From a phage: a stretch of 64,000 nucleotides of DNA. Positions 10,017-18,816 of this stretch are shown here, piece by piece. The stretch lies in the sequence record PV467748.1. The stretch is one strand, 5' to 3'. Position 1 is the first letter of the stretch; every line of letters starts with the position of its first letter. Below the pieces are notes generated by a model. It ran no database searches and had not been told where the DNA came from. It saw only the letters and a program-made list of their open reading frames with translations. The position numbers and the translations under genes are program-made.

Positions 10017-10312
10017 GCCAATTTTACTCGCTTAACATATAAAGTGTCTAAAACTAATTTCAATTCTCGGGCCCGTTCTTTGGTAGGAAAAACAGTTTTT
10101 GTTTCCCACTTATCAAACCACCATTTTCTTGGCGTGCACACTGTTTCAAGGCGTCCAAGCCGAAGATATCTTTTTGTTGAGATTTCATAAGCCTCTAAAG
10201 CAGTGTCGGCTCCAATCTTTGACGAATACAAAGTCACTTCACCGGCATCTTCTAATGGAATTTCATACCCGTCTTTGTCCTTGTGAACTAATACATATGC
10301 ATAGTACATCAC
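10013..10312 (-). CDS. hypothetical protein (dda.1 position)
   Basis: ORF only. Confidence 0.45.
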   Translation of the reverse strand: MMYYAYVLVHKDKDGYEIPLEDAGEVTLYSSKIGADTALEAYEISTKRYLRLGRLETVCTPRKWWFDKWETKTVFPTKERARELKLVLDTLYVKRVKLA

Positions 10313-10313
10313 G

Positions 10314-11048
10314 TTAACCTCTAATCAGTGAAAAAATTGAAGCATTCAGCGGGAGACCTTTTTTCAACTTCAATTTGTCAATAAAAGAAAGGTGTTCTAA
10401 ACGCTCCAGACCTTGGATAATTTTATCATACATATCGTAACGCGTTTCTGCTTCAGACAATTTAAACTTGACGCGCCAATCGGGTCCACCAATTAAAGAT
10501 TTAAGGCCTTTTTCCATAGTACCGATTGAAGCGTTAGAACCATGGATACGAGCCTTAACCGCGATGACAGAAGGGGTCTTATCAGTAGCTCCTGATTTAA
10601 TAAGGTCCTTAAGACGTTTTTCACGCTTTTTAAGGCCTCTTTGAGTATCTTTAATATTTTTAACTATTTTACGAATTTTATAATAGTTATCGGGGGTTAC
10701 TTTAAAACTATTAGGCATTTTAGAACTACCTGAAATACGGACCGCTAAACGGGTTTGTGCGCGTTTCAATTCGTCTAGAGACAAATCGGCACGTAAGCTG
10801 TTGTACTTAACTTTAACCGGGATTACATTACCTTCAATATAACCGATATCATTATTAAAACGTTCAAATGAAATCTTATCACTAACTGAATTCTCATCAA
10901 AGCTCTCGCCTGAATAAGCACACACTTTTTGTTCGAGAAGTCTACGAACATACTTACTAGACAGATTGAAGTCCTTACCACGTTTTTTGGCGGAAGCTTT
11001 AGTGTGTTCGCGACGTTTATAAACCTTTAATTCAAATTCAGGGGTCAT
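10314..11048 (-). CDS. srd: Srd-like protein (244 aa)
   Basis: size and position between dda.1 and modA as in T4; sequence not verified from memory. Confidence 0.45.
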   Translation of the reverse strand: MTPEFELKVYKRREHTKASAKKRGKDFNLSSKYVRRLLEQKVCAYSGESFDENSVSDKISFERFNNDIGYIEGNVIPVKVKYNSLRADLSLDELKRAQTRLAVRISGSSKMPNSFKVTPDNYYKIRKIVKNIKDTQRGLKKREKRLKDLIKSGATDKTPSVIAVKARIHGSNASIGTMEKGLKSLIGGPDWRVKFKLSEAETRYDMYDKIIQGLERLEHLSFIDKLKLKKGLPLNASIFSLIRG

Positions 11049-11082
11049 GATATTTTTCTCATCTTACGGACGATTAGTTGAT

Positions 11083-11125
11083 ATGTCTATAGTATCACGG
11101 TACTCGATAAAGTAAACACTTTTTT
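11083..11125 (-). promoter_or_regulatory. T4-type early promoter upstream of srd
   Basis: minus-strand GTTTAC-N17-TACTAT (plus: gtctatagtatcacggtactcgataaagtaaacac). Confidence 0.55.
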
Positions 11126-11186
11126 GCTTTAAATTTTCGACGGTATAATGAATCAAGGACTTTGCCTTTCAATTAAACCGGGTGGT

Positions 11187-11801
11187 TCAGTAAGAAAGAA
11201 CGGAAAGATTCCAAATGGTGTAATTATTCCATTTAGGATTTCTCTCAATAGAGTCTACGCGCAGCGTAGTTCCCGCAGGGAACATCATCTCATCTTCATC
11301 ATTGATTAATTGTAAGTTTGCTACACGGGTAGATTCAGGAAATGCACCTGGGAACTCTTCAGGGGGTGCAGCACATAACATTTTAAAGATTTCTTCCTGA
11401 TAATTGTATACAAATGGTGCATCATTAATACAAAAGATATTAAATGTTCCATAGAAGTTATAAGATGCAAAATTCCTTGCCACGTTGAAGTCTTTAGAGA
11501 AGCTCATTACTCGGTCGAATTCAATTACGGCACCTACACACATTGTGGACTCTAGATACTTCATAGTCTTTTTAGATATGCCGCGATAGAGCTTATCAGG
11601 CACTACAGAAGTCAGGTTCTTACGAATAATTTTGTTCAGAGTTTCTTGGATGCAATCCGGTTTATTTTCCATACACTGCCAGAGGGTACTCTGTTCTAAA
11701 TCAGAATACACCTCATCAATTTCTATCTGAGTATTCTCACGGAAATCATCGCATTTAGCGTTGTTGATAAATTCTGCTAATTTATGGCTTGGATATAACA
11801 T
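11187..11801 (-). CDS. modA: ADP-ribosyltransferase ModA-like
   Basis: paralog of the next gene; conserved YRGI...SFS...Q/E core; synteny. Confidence 0.5.
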   Translation of the reverse strand: MLYPSHKLAEFINNAKCDDFRENTQIEIDEVYSDLEQSTLWQCMENKPDCIQETLNKIIRKNLTSVVPDKLYRGISKKTMKYLESTMCVGAVIEFDRVMSFSKDFNVARNFASYNFYGTFNIFCINDAPFVYNYQEEIFKMLCAAPPEEFPGAFPESTRVANLQLINDEDEMMFPAGTTLRVDSIERNPKWNNYTIWNLSVLSY

Positions 11802-11855
11802 ATTATTCTCCTCAGTCGATAGAAAGATAGTACCACAAGCTTCCTTGCCTGTAAA

Positions 11856-12425
11856 CTAAAAATCCAACATTTTTAAATGAATTGTTTTATACTCGATTTC
11901 ATACGGGTCTCTTTTGACGGTTTCGATTGCAACAATCTCAAACCGCGATTGGCTGGAGACCATGAACTCACATTCAGTTTCAACCATATCATAGAGGTCA
12001 ATACGGGTTTCATCAATTTCAAGTTCATCTACATTCCCTGCAAGAACAAGGTCGATAGCATGATTGTAGTAGTCGAAAATGAACGGTGCATTCCTGAGAC
12101 TTAAAATGGTTTTGGTTCCATATTCCCATGCCCCTGCGAACTGACGAGCCTGAGAGTATTGTGTACTAAAAGAAGTAACGCGACCAGGAGACCATTGACA
12201 ACCTACTGAAAGGAGCTCTAATTGCTCAAGTTCTCTGGTGGTAATCCCGCGATAAAGCTCTACAGGAACGGCCGAAGTAACATGCTTACGAACCAGTTTA
12301 TCGAGGTCGTAATGAAAGTTAGGGTCCTTTTTAGCATCCAGACATTTCTCTAACAAGGCTTGTTCAGATTTTGAAAATTTGGAATTGATTCGGTCTTGAT
12401 AAAGACATTTTCGTTCGATATTCAT
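11856..12425 (-). CDS. modB: ADP-ribosyltransferase ModB-like
   Basis: paralog of modA (YRGITTRE...SFSTQYSQARQF); promoter with TATAAT at 12438-12478. Confidence 0.5.
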   Translation of the reverse strand: MNIERKCLYQDRINSKFSKSEQALLEKCLDAKKDPNFHYDLDKLVRKHVTSAVPVELYRGITTRELEQLELLSVGCQWSPGRVTSFSTQYSQARQFAGAWEYGTKTILSLRNAPFIFDYYNHAIDLVLAGNVDELEIDETRIDLYDMVETECEFMVSSQSRFEIVAIETVKRDPYEIEYKTIHLKMLDF

Positions 12426-12480
12426 ATGACCTCCAGTGATTTAGAGGTCATTATAACATGAAGGGAGGAGGTGTAAAACT

Positions 12481-12669
12481 TTATTTTACCCAAGGAGCCC
12501 AAGGTGGAGGGTCTAAGTAATAAGAAGCTAGGTCACTAAGGACCTCTTTAGGCAACTTAAAACCATGCTTCTGTATAATCATATCAAGCTCATTGACGAG
12601 GTCAACAGGCGGCTCCTGAGTTGTTTCAGGCTCAGGGTCTGGGATGACGAACATATCAAATAAGTCCAT
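12481..12669 (-). CDS. hypothetical protein (62 aa)
   Basis: ORF only. Confidence 0.35.
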   Translation of the reverse strand: MDLFDMFVIPDPEPETTQEPPVDLVNELDMIIQKHGFKLPKEVLSDLASYYLDPPPWAPWVK

Positions 12670-13160
12670 TAGTAACCACCAATAGGGCCGTACTCGTACA
12701 TACGAGCTCGCACCTTAGCATCACGAATAGCGTCTTCAGTCATGGTAAAGCGCAATCCAATATCAAAGTGCTTCCAAATCTGACGTTCAACTTCAGTAAG
12801 GTCTTCGATAGTAGAAATCAAATACGTACGGCCTTTAAGACGTTCATTGGACATTCTATCAGTATCTTTATAGAAAATATCCATGGTTCCTTCGGCATAC
12901 GGGTCTGCCGGATAACGATAACCCTTGATATGCAATGCTTCAGCCAGGCTAAAAGGACAATCTTCAGCAACATCAACATTTTTGTTATGGTAAGCCTTCA
13001 TCATAATATTTTCAGGCAGCTTAATATCTTTTAATCGTGTTTCTAACTGGGTTATAGAATTCATACCATTGTCAACAAAGATAAGACACACTGTAGCATC
13101 ATAAGGACGCGTTTGTCCGGCAGAATCACGAACAAAGAATTCTAGTTCATAAACTTTCAT
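12669..13160 (-). CDS. hypothetical protein (163 aa; mrh position)
   Basis: ORF only. Confidence 0.45.
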   Translation of the reverse strand: MKVYELEFFVRDSAGQTRPYDATVCLIFVDNGMNSITQLETRLKDIKLPENIMMKAYHNKNVDVAEDCPFSLAEALHIKGYRYPADPYAEGTMDIFYKDTDRMSNERLKGRTYLISTIEDLTEVERQIWKHFDIGLRFTMTEDAIRDAKVRARMYEYGPIGGY

Positions 13161-13314
13161 TATGTTTTCCTCTTCTTAGTTTACCTACTAAAGGGCCATC
13201 CGGAATATTATTTTCTCGAATGTATTTCTCGTTTTCTTCCATCATTTTACTACCAATTTTAAGAAGCAAATCCAATGCCTCTTTAGCTTGTTTTTCGGCC
13301 TCTTCAGTAGTCAT
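13147..13314 (-). CDS. small protein (55 aa), not in the ORF track
   Basis: ATGA start/stop overlap with upstream ORF; [17 protein letters not shown]... Confidence 0.3.
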   Translation of the reverse strand: MTTEEAEKQAKEALDLLLKIGSKMMEENEKYIRENNIPDGPLVGKLRRGKHNESL

Positions 13315-13511
13315 GATTTATCCCCATAGATGTCACGCATAATTCTAAGAGCTTCGCGTTCTAATTTCTTTTCGCGTTCTTCACGGATACCTTTAAGAAT
13401 CCATTCTTCGGAGTCGCGTTTCATTTCTGCATTGGCTTGGTCTAACCACCCGTCATCAAGATAATCGCCAGGACGGTCTAGCCAATCTTTAAGCCATGAT
13501 AAAGGTTTCAT
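13311..13511 (-). CDS. hypothetical protein (66 aa)
   Basis: ORF only. Confidence 0.35.
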   Translation of the reverse strand: MKPLSWLKDWLDRPGDYLDDGWLDQANAEMKRDSEEWILKGIREEREKKLEREALRIMRDIYGDKS

Positions 13512-13846
13512 TAATCACACGAGCCGGACGATGAGTCACAGCTTCCTGAGTCATAAGACGAATAAGAAGAATCACCAGTCCAAGAACTGACAGCCGCCGC
13601 AACCATAATAGGAGTGGTATCAATATGGCTTGTGCGACGAGCTTCTAGATGTTCTTTTAACTTTTTAGAATTCAATGGAAGAGCGCCAGGCCCCACATTA
13701 CCTGCTTTTTCAGGTTGACGGATAACTTCTTCCATCATACCATCGCCTACATAAACATATTCCCTTAACTTAACGTCTGATGGACTAATAGGAACCGGAC
13801 CTTCGCCTGGGGTAATTTTGAATAAATTCTTAAGCCACTGAATCAT
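13511..13846 (-). CDS. hypothetical protein (111 aa)
   Basis: ORF only. Confidence 0.4.
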   Translation of the reverse strand: MIQWLKNLFKITPGEGPVPISPSDVKLREYVYVGDGMMEEVIRQPEKAGNVGPGALPLNSKKLKEHLEARRTSHIDTTPIMVAAAVSSWTGDSSYSSYDSGSCDSSSGSCD

Positions 13847-14076
13847 AGGAAACCTCTCACAAATTTTACATCGCCATTGTCTAAGCGGATTTCTGCATTA
13901 AATTCTACAGAATTATCTTCATACATCATAAAAGAATGCGTAATAACATCGTCATGATACCCTAACCCGTATTTAAGCGAAACTTCTTGAGCAATCAAAG
14001 CACCTACTGCATTATTAGGTTTAATCCAACGATTTAACATAGTGTTCTCCTCTATAAGATAAGACCATCTTAACAC
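13843..14076 (-). CDS. hypothetical protein (77 aa)
   Basis: ORF only. Confidence 0.4.
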   Translation of the reverse strand: MLRWSYLIEENTMLNRWIKPNNAVGALIAQEVSLKYGLGYHDDVITHSFMMYEDNSVEFNAEIRLDNGDVKFVRGFL

Positions 14077-14095
14077 GGCCTTCCTAGAAAGTAAA

Positions 14096-14130
14096 CCCTT
14101 AAAACCAAAAAAGGAACCCGAAGGTTCCTT
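14096..14130 (-). terminator. intrinsic terminator downstream of soc
   Basis: aaggaacc-cgaa-ggttcctt hairpin followed on the transcript by UUUUUGGUUUU. Confidence 0.65.
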
Positions 14131-14134
14131 ATAA

Positions 14135-14368
14135 TTAAACTACTGGGGTTGGCGTGAACATTGCTGCGTTCTTAGTTCGCCAATCGGCTGCATCAGTCAC
14201 TACAGTAGTATAGGCTGCAACGGCCGAAGGGAAAGTCTGATAATGAGAGTCTGCAATACGGTGCTCGTTTGAATAAATCTCAAACGGGACCGAAACCTCA
14301 GTACCTTTAACTTCTTTACCTTCACCAGCTGGATGTGTAAAGGTTTTGATATTAACGAAACCACCCAT
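14135..14368 (-). CDS. soc: small outer capsid protein Soc
   Basis: GFVNIKTF...HYQTFPS..AAY matches remembered T4 Soc; 77 aa. Confidence 0.8.
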   Translation of the reverse strand: MGGFVNIKTFTHPAGEGKEVKGTEVSVPFEIYSNEHRIADSHYQTFPSAVAAYTTVVTDAADWRTKNAAMFTPTPVV

Positions 14369-14397
14369 AATTAACTCCTTTGTTGTTTAATTACAGG

Positions 14398-14410
14398 TGT
14401 ATTTATAACT
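14398..14410 (-). promoter_or_regulatory. late promoter (TATAAATA) for soc
   Basis: plus tatttata at 14400-14407, ~32 nt upstream of the soc ATG; soc is a late gene in T4. Confidence 0.55.
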
Positions 14411-14413
14411 TAA

Positions 14414-14929
14414 TTAATAGCCATTATCCTGACGCTCAAAGTTAGCTTTATTTTTCAGATAATAAAGTTTGAACAATTCTTCAGCGGACATATTAAGGCC
14501 GATAGCCATGTTTAATACAAAATGGATTATATCCACAAGTTCAAATTTAATTTCAAGCTGGTCTTCAGGAGACATTTCTGAAATAGGTTTAGCTTGTGCT
14601 TCTTGATAACGAGCTTTCCATTTTTTCCAGACGGCAGATGCATCTTTTTCACCTTTAGACATTTCACCAAGTGAAGTTAAAAGTTCACGGAATTCATCAT
14701 CAATACAGTCTTTCTGCTCACGCATCCAGGCAACAACATCGCCTGCAGTGGCCAGTTTATCCGGGTGGTAACAATAATCGCGGTCATTAGCCAGACGAAC
14801 CTGCAATGATTTCTGCATATCAAGCATAACTTGCAGTGGGTCGGTGCCTTTGATAATTGCGTTATCATAAGCCAGAGCAGCTTTATCAACACCTGCAATA
14901 AGTTGTGAGCATTCGTTAAAGTGTGCCAT
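14414..14929 (-). CDS. 56: dCTP pyrophosphatase (dCTPase/dUTPase, MazG-like)
   Basis: position after soc and before primase; ATG at 14929 with SD AAGGAAAAA; track start is an upstream TTG. Confidence 0.65.
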   Translation of the reverse strand: MAHFNECSQLIAGVDKAALAYDNAIIKGTDPLQVMLDMQKSLQVRLANDRDYCYHPDKLATAGDVVAWMREQKDCIDDEFRELLTSLGEMSKGEKDASAVWKKWKARYQEAQAKPISEMSPEDQLEIKFELVDIIHFVLNMAIGLNMSAEELFKLYYLKNKANFERQDNGY

Positions 14930-15019
14930 TATATTTTTCCTTTTCAATTCATTAGTAAGTTAGATAATTATAAACTGTTAGATTAAAGCGAATAAATATT
15001 AATTTAACAGGAGGATAAC

Positions 15020-15220
15020 ATGGGTAGTATTTTTTACCAAATCTGGAAATTGGCCGAAAAGAAAGACAAGAAAATGATGATAGGTTTTCTTGCGCTAGAC
15101 GTATTCCTTTGGAATCTTTTAGTAGTCCCTGTAGCCGCTAGCCAAGGGATAATTTTACCAGCGGTTACAATGGAACACGTATTAAGCATAATTGGATTCT
15201 TTAGCGGAGTTCCTGCCTAA
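15020..15220 (+). CDS. small hydrophobic protein (66 aa) on the opposite strand
   Basis: strong SD ACAGGAGGATAACATG; one predicted TM segment; convergent with gene 61. Confidence 0.35.
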   Translation: MGSIFYQIWKLAEKKDKKMMIGFLALDVFLWNLLVVPVAASQGIILPAVTMEHVLSIIGFFSGVPA

Positions 15221-16245
15221 ATTTTAGAATATTTTGAAAGTCTCATTTTTGCCATTAAACCTTGGGCTATATTAGCTTTCATATATGCCAGTACATCATT
15301 TATATCAGCTTTATCTTTCATAATCATATCATTTATATCTTTAGAAGGCCATGGAGCCTTGTCCCAGAATAGAACCCTTTCGCCAGCATCAACTAATCGT
15401 TGCATACGCTTAATTGTGTCAGGATGGCGGGGTTCATTGTCCATCACCCAGGCACGAGTTTCTTTACATGGAACCATAGCCAAGTCCAACGACCCGCCAG
15501 TAATTGCTATTGCATTCGGAACAAACAAAGAGTCAATAGGGCCTTCCATTACCCACACCAATTGACGTTCGTCAACTGTATCCATTCCATATATTTTTGT
15601 AGCTTGGTCATGAGCTTTTATTGTAATATATTTTTGTGGAGCGTCTTTACGTAAGGCTCGACCCTGAAAACTTTCAATTTGTTTATTCTTATTGAAAATA
15701 GGAATAACCAAACGAGGCTCAGGCCTTTCTTTAGAATAGGTCCCTGGATTGACAGAGTTCACCAATGCAGGCCATTCTTTAGTAAACCATAAGCGATTCC
15801 ATTTGTTTTCAGGAATGCAACGCATTGTCACATATTTGATAATAGGATGGTCCTTCGGCATTCTATCTAATCGTTCACAGAAATTAAGCTTTTCGATGAC
15901 AGGCATCTTAGCTTTAATTTTTTCAGATATCTCCACCTTAGGTGCAGCTTGTCTCCCGAACGATTGCTCTTTATGTTTCTCAAGAATATATTCTCGATAT
16001 AAATCCGGCTCATATTCGTATAGATACTTCTTAATTCCTGCTGAATAGTCGCAGTTAAAACAGTGCAGCATTACAGAGCCATCATTAGCCGGATAGGCCC
16101 AAAAACGAGCTTTGTTCTCATCTTTTTGGGAGTCGCCACATACACGACAACGACAGTTTAATTTAAAATCACTACCAGTTACTTGTCTGAATTTAGGTTG
16201 GTAATTCAAGGCACGTACAGCAAATTCTCTATCGACATATGACAT
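15217..16245 (-). CDS. 61: DNA primase
   Basis: 342 aa; zinc-ribbon CRCRVCGD...CFNC and TOPRIM-like core. Confidence 0.85.
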   Translation of the reverse strand: MSYVDREFAVRALNYQPKFRQVTGSDFKLNCRCRVCGDSQKDENKARFWAYPANDGSVMLHCFNCDYSAGIKKYLYEYEPDLYREYILEKHKEQSFGRQAAPKVEISEKIKAKMPVIEKLNFCERLDRMPKDHPIIKYVTMRCIPENKWNRLWFTKEWPALVNSVNPGTYSKERPEPRLVIPIFNKNKQIESFQGRALRKDAPQKYITIKAHDQATKIYGMDTVDERQLVWVMEGPIDSLFVPNAIAITGGSLDLAMVPCKETRAWVMDNEPRHPDTIKRMQRLVDAGERVLFWDKAPWPSKDINDMIMKDKADINDVLAYMKANIAQGLMAKMRLSKYSKI

Positions 16246-16283
16246 TATTTTTCCTTGGGCCCTAAATTAATAGAGCCATTATA

Positions 16284-16445
16284 TCATTCGTTTTCGGATT
16301 TTTCTTTACGCTTTTTAGATGGGATTTGTTCAGGCCCTTTATTGACGACCGCACCTGAGGTAGTTCCGGAGGCAATAGCAGTAGGATTACCACCTGCATC
16401 GCCTGCGACCATATCTTCGTTCATAACTTCTTTAAAAGATTTCAT
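16284..16445 (-). CDS. small protein (53 aa; 61.1 position), not in the ORF track
   Basis: MKSFKEVMNEDMVAGDAGGNPTAIASGTTSGAVVNKGPEQIPSKKRKEKSENE; SD AGGAG 4 nt before ATG. Confidence 0.35.
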   Translation of the reverse strand: MKSFKEVMNEDMVAGDAGGNPTAIASGTTSGAVVNKGPEQIPSKKRKEKSENE

Positions 16446-16461
16446 AGGCTCCTGGCCTTAT

Positions 16462-16653
16462 TTATATTACGAAAATAGCTTTATCACCATTTGCATCAGT
16501 GACTTCATAGGTATCTTCGTGGTAAAGTGGAATAATCCAAGTCACACCATCATCAGCAATAATATGGATAGCTTCTTGGTCTTTTGATATGATTTCATAT
16601 TCTTCGAATAACTCGAATACAGAAATCTTAGAGCCCGTACACATTGCACTCAT
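16462..16653 (-). CDS. hypothetical protein (~63 aa)
   Basis: ATG at 16653; track start is an upstream TTG. Confidence 0.35.
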   Translation of the reverse strand: MSAMCTGSKISVFELFEEYEIISKDQEAIHIIADDGVTWIIPLYHEDTYEVTDANGDKAIFVI

Positions 16654-16849
16654 ATTGTTCCCTTCTTTCAATCAGTTGGCGATGGGCCTTTTTAAGTTTA
16701 CGAAGCTGGCGCTTAGTCGGCCGTGCAACATAAGCTTGAGTAGTTACTCGTCCAAAAACACCGTACTTAGGTGAAGGAGAATCGATAAAGACTTCCCACT
16801 GGCAGGAGTAACCATATACCGCTTTAGAGAATTGAGTTAAAACAAACAT
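16628..16849 (-). CDS. small basic protein with RPTKRQLRKLKK motif (family member 1)
   Basis: shares xPTKxQxR motif with 17637..17876, 41607..41792 and 48462..48686. Confidence 0.45.
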   Translation of the reverse strand: MFVLTQFSKAVYGYSCQWEVFIDSPSPKYGVFGRVTTQAYVARPTKRQLRKLKKAHRQLIERREQYECNVYGL

Positions 16850-16850
16850 A

Positions 16851-17291
16851 TTAACCTCGATTCATAAAGGCATTAAAAATCTGGTCGTCGATTGAATAAA
16901 CCGGAGCTTCCAGAATTTTCAACAGACTGTTTTTGATATACTTGCTAGGGATATCCATATTAACGAGGTCGTTCAATTCGTTGTCCGGGTGGATATCTTT
17001 AAATTCAAACCCATCAAACTCAACCTTGTCAGGAATACCATCGGCGAAAAAATAAACCAATTGGTGCATTGTATTGCATGAAAATAATTTAGACCTCACC
17101 GCAATAAGTTCTTGCCAATGGTTTAATTCTCTGTTAAGAAGTTTATGAGCCATTGTAATTCGATCATCGCTATCAACAAGAAAATAACCTAGGTATTGGT
17201 GGTCGTCGCTCCAAAACATCCTGTATGCTTGTGCATTTGGATTTTTACAACGAAGCTTTTTGATAACTAAATTCCTGTTAATCTTATTCAC
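16851..17291 (-). CDS. hypothetical protein (146 aa)
   Basis: ORF only. Confidence 0.45.
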   Translation of the reverse strand: MNKINRNLVIKKLRCKNPNAQAYRMFWSDDHQYLGYFLVDSDDRITMAHKLLNRELNHWQELIAVRSKLFSCNTMHQLVYFFADGIPDKVEFDGFEFKDIHPDNELNDLVNMDIPSKYIKNSLLKILEAPVYSIDDQIFNAFMNRG

Positions 17292-17577
17292 CTGTCACCT
17301 CTTTAACGATATTTTTGTTATCGAAATTAGCATCACAGTACAGAACATAGTTATACTGCATAACACCACTAGAAGCCAATTGGTCAGATACTTCTTTAAC
17401 CATATCAGGACGGTCGCGTTTAGTGATGTTCATGATATCAGCATAAATCTGATGCTCAACCGCTTCTTGATCGGCAGTCATAGACCATTCACAAAGGTCT
17501 TTATCCAATCCGGCAGTTACCGGAGCCGTGCCACATGATGCTACTGTAAGGATTGCTGCGATTAATAACTTTTTCAT
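17284..17577 (-). CDS. sp: Spackle periplasmic superinfection-exclusion protein
   Basis: 97 aa; signal peptide; DKDLCEWSMTADQ...VMQYNYVLYCD matches remembered T4 Sp. Confidence 0.85.
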   Translation of the reverse strand: MKKLLIAAILTVASCGTAPVTAGLDKDLCEWSMTADQEAVEHQIYADIMNITKRDRPDMVKEVSDQLASSGVMQYNYVLYCDANFDNKNIVKEVTGE

Positions 17578-17597
17578 TTTTAACTCCTCATTAGTGG

Positions 17598-17640
17598 ATA
17601 GGTCTATAGTATCACTACCATAGACTGATGTAAACTTTAT
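17598..17640 (-). promoter_or_regulatory. T4-type early promoter upstream of sp
   Basis: minus GTTTACATCAGTCTATGGTAGTGATACTATAGACC; SD GAGGAG before the sp ATG. Confidence 0.6.
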
Positions 17641-17876
17641 TTTAACGAATCTTCCAAATAAATTTTACGGAATTTACGTTTGGTCTGACGAATCTGACGC
17701 TTAGTAGGCTTCACAGGAAATTCGAAGAACTCTACATATTCCTGTTCGTAATCATTATGACCTACCGAAAGAACTAGTTCCCAGTTGTTTACATTTCGTT
17801 GGATAAACATCTTATGCTTACCAAAAGATTTATTCCAAAAAGAACTAGGAGTTGGCTTCATTAATACAATATTCAT
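17637..17876 (-). CDS. small basic protein with KPTKRQIRQTKRK motif (family member 2)
   Basis: motif shared with three other small ORFs. Confidence 0.45.
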   Translation of the reverse strand: MNIVLMKPTPSSFWNKSFGKHKMFIQRNVNNWELVLSVGHNDYEQEYVEFFEFPVKPTKRQIRQTKRKFRKIYLEDSLK

Positions 17877-18017
17877 TTATTCCTCGTCTTCATGTTTATG
17901 AGCAATTTCTTCGAATTCATGGTCACAATCTAAACAGGTTGCGTTGTCCCAAGCATCAAATACTGCCTGGTCTTCACATACCGAACAACCACATACTACA
18001 CATTCAACCTCTTCCAT
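17877..18017 (-). CDS. small Cys-rich protein (46 aa), not in the ORF track
   Basis: MEEVECVVCGCSVCEDQAVFDAWDNATCLDCDHEFEE...; TAAATG junctions on both sides; SD GAGGA. Confidence 0.35.
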   Translation of the reverse strand: MEEVECVVCGCSVCEDQAVFDAWDNATCLDCDHEFEEIAHKHEDEE

Positions 18018-18221
18018 TTAGATTTCCTCAATGCGGGCATCATATTCAAAAACTTTATTATCATTAACAAAGGCTTTCACTAGTGCATTATTCACTTCTG
18101 CATACTGCACTGTAACCCATTCAATCATTTTTTGGTCACTAACATCCAGCGCAGTTTCTTTGGTAAACATATTACCATTTTCAAACCAACCAATAAACAC
18201 TACGTTCTCTAATTTATACAT
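18018..18221 (-). CDS. dmd: Dmd-like antitoxin (copy 1)
   Basis: VVFIGWFENGNMFTKE...VQYAEVNNALVKAFV matches remembered T4 Dmd. Confidence 0.75.
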   Translation of the reverse strand: MYKLENVVFIGWFENGNMFTKETALDVSDQKMIEWVTVQYAEVNNALVKAFVNDNKVFEYDARIEEI

Positions 18222-18416
18222 TTAGATTTCCTCAATACGGGCATCATGTTCATAAACTTCTACGTCGTCGACATACGCCTTAACCAAAATACTATTGACT
18301 TCAGCGAATTGGGTAGTCACCCACACGATATCGTTTTCACGCACTGAAGCTTCTTTGGTAGAGGTGTCGCCGTTATTAAAACAGCATACAAATTTTACCT
18401 TAACCAATTTAGTCAT
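18222..18416 (-). CDS. dmd: Dmd-like antitoxin (copy 2, diverged paralog)
   Basis: VKFVCCFNNGDTSTKE...TTQFAEVNSILVKAYV; both copies end ...DARIEEI. Confidence 0.7.
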   Translation of the reverse strand: MTKLVKVKFVCCFNNGDTSTKEASVRENDIVWVTTQFAEVNSILVKAYVDDVEVYEHDARIEEI

Positions 18417-18746
18417 TTAGATTTCCTCGCAGAAGGCCCATTCAGCATGATAAACCGTAGCACCTTTAGTATCATTTAAACAAACCACATCTACCGGAGC
18501 AATTACACGATAAAGACGGGGTTCTCCTCCCACTGAACGAGCTGCACGTCCAGCATAAATCTTAGCCAAACCGATATCTTCAGTAAAGAACACTCGATTC
18601 AGGTTTTTCTTACGACCGGTTTCAGACAAAACTCCTGTTTCCTCAGGAGGACAAAGCATATTACCGATATTAGCAACACTACAACTTCCATGGTAATACA
18701 CTTTATATTCTGCTTTACAGTCGATGGTTTTCATTTTGTTCTCCAA
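18417..18746 (-). CDS. hypothetical protein (109 aa) with YYHGS motif
   Basis: own promoter at 18752-18790; T4 has no gene between 41 and dmd as far as I recall. Confidence 0.45.
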   Translation of the reverse strand: MENKMKTIDCKAEYKVYYHGSCSVANIGNMLCPPEETGVLSETGRKKNLNRVFFTEDIGLAKIYAGRAARSVGGEPRLYRVIAPVDVVCLNDTKGATVYHAEWAFCEEI

Positions 18747-18751
18747 GTTGA

Positions 18752-18790
18752 TAGGTCTATAGTATCATGCCTACAGGAGATGTAAACCCT
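18752..18790 (-). promoter_or_regulatory. T4-type early promoter
   Basis: minus GTTTACATCTCCTGTAGGCATGATACTATAGACC. Confidence 0.6.
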
Positions 18791-18816
18791 TAAAACAAAA
18801 AGGAGCCGAAGCTCCT
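18788..18816 (-). terminator. intrinsic terminator downstream of gene 41
   Basis: aggagc-cgaa-gctcct hairpin followed by a U-rich tract. Confidence 0.55.

Noticed and set aside
16460-16475. TATAAATA motif (plus tatttata at 16464-16471) as a late promoter
   Set aside because: It lies inside coding sequence upstream of early-type genes; an AT-rich 8-mer is expected by chance a few times in 64 kb.
16255-16587. Plus-strand 110-aa ORF
   Set aside because: A minus-strand 53-aa ORF with a good SD (16284..16445) and the 3' end of another minus ORF occupy the same region; the plus ORF has no SD.
18417-18746. 109-aa protein as a minimal ADP-ribosyltransferase (YYHGS read as an H-Y-E motif)
   Set aside because: The protein is shorter than known ADP-ribosyltransferase domains and the second and third motif elements are not convincingly placed; left as hypothetical.
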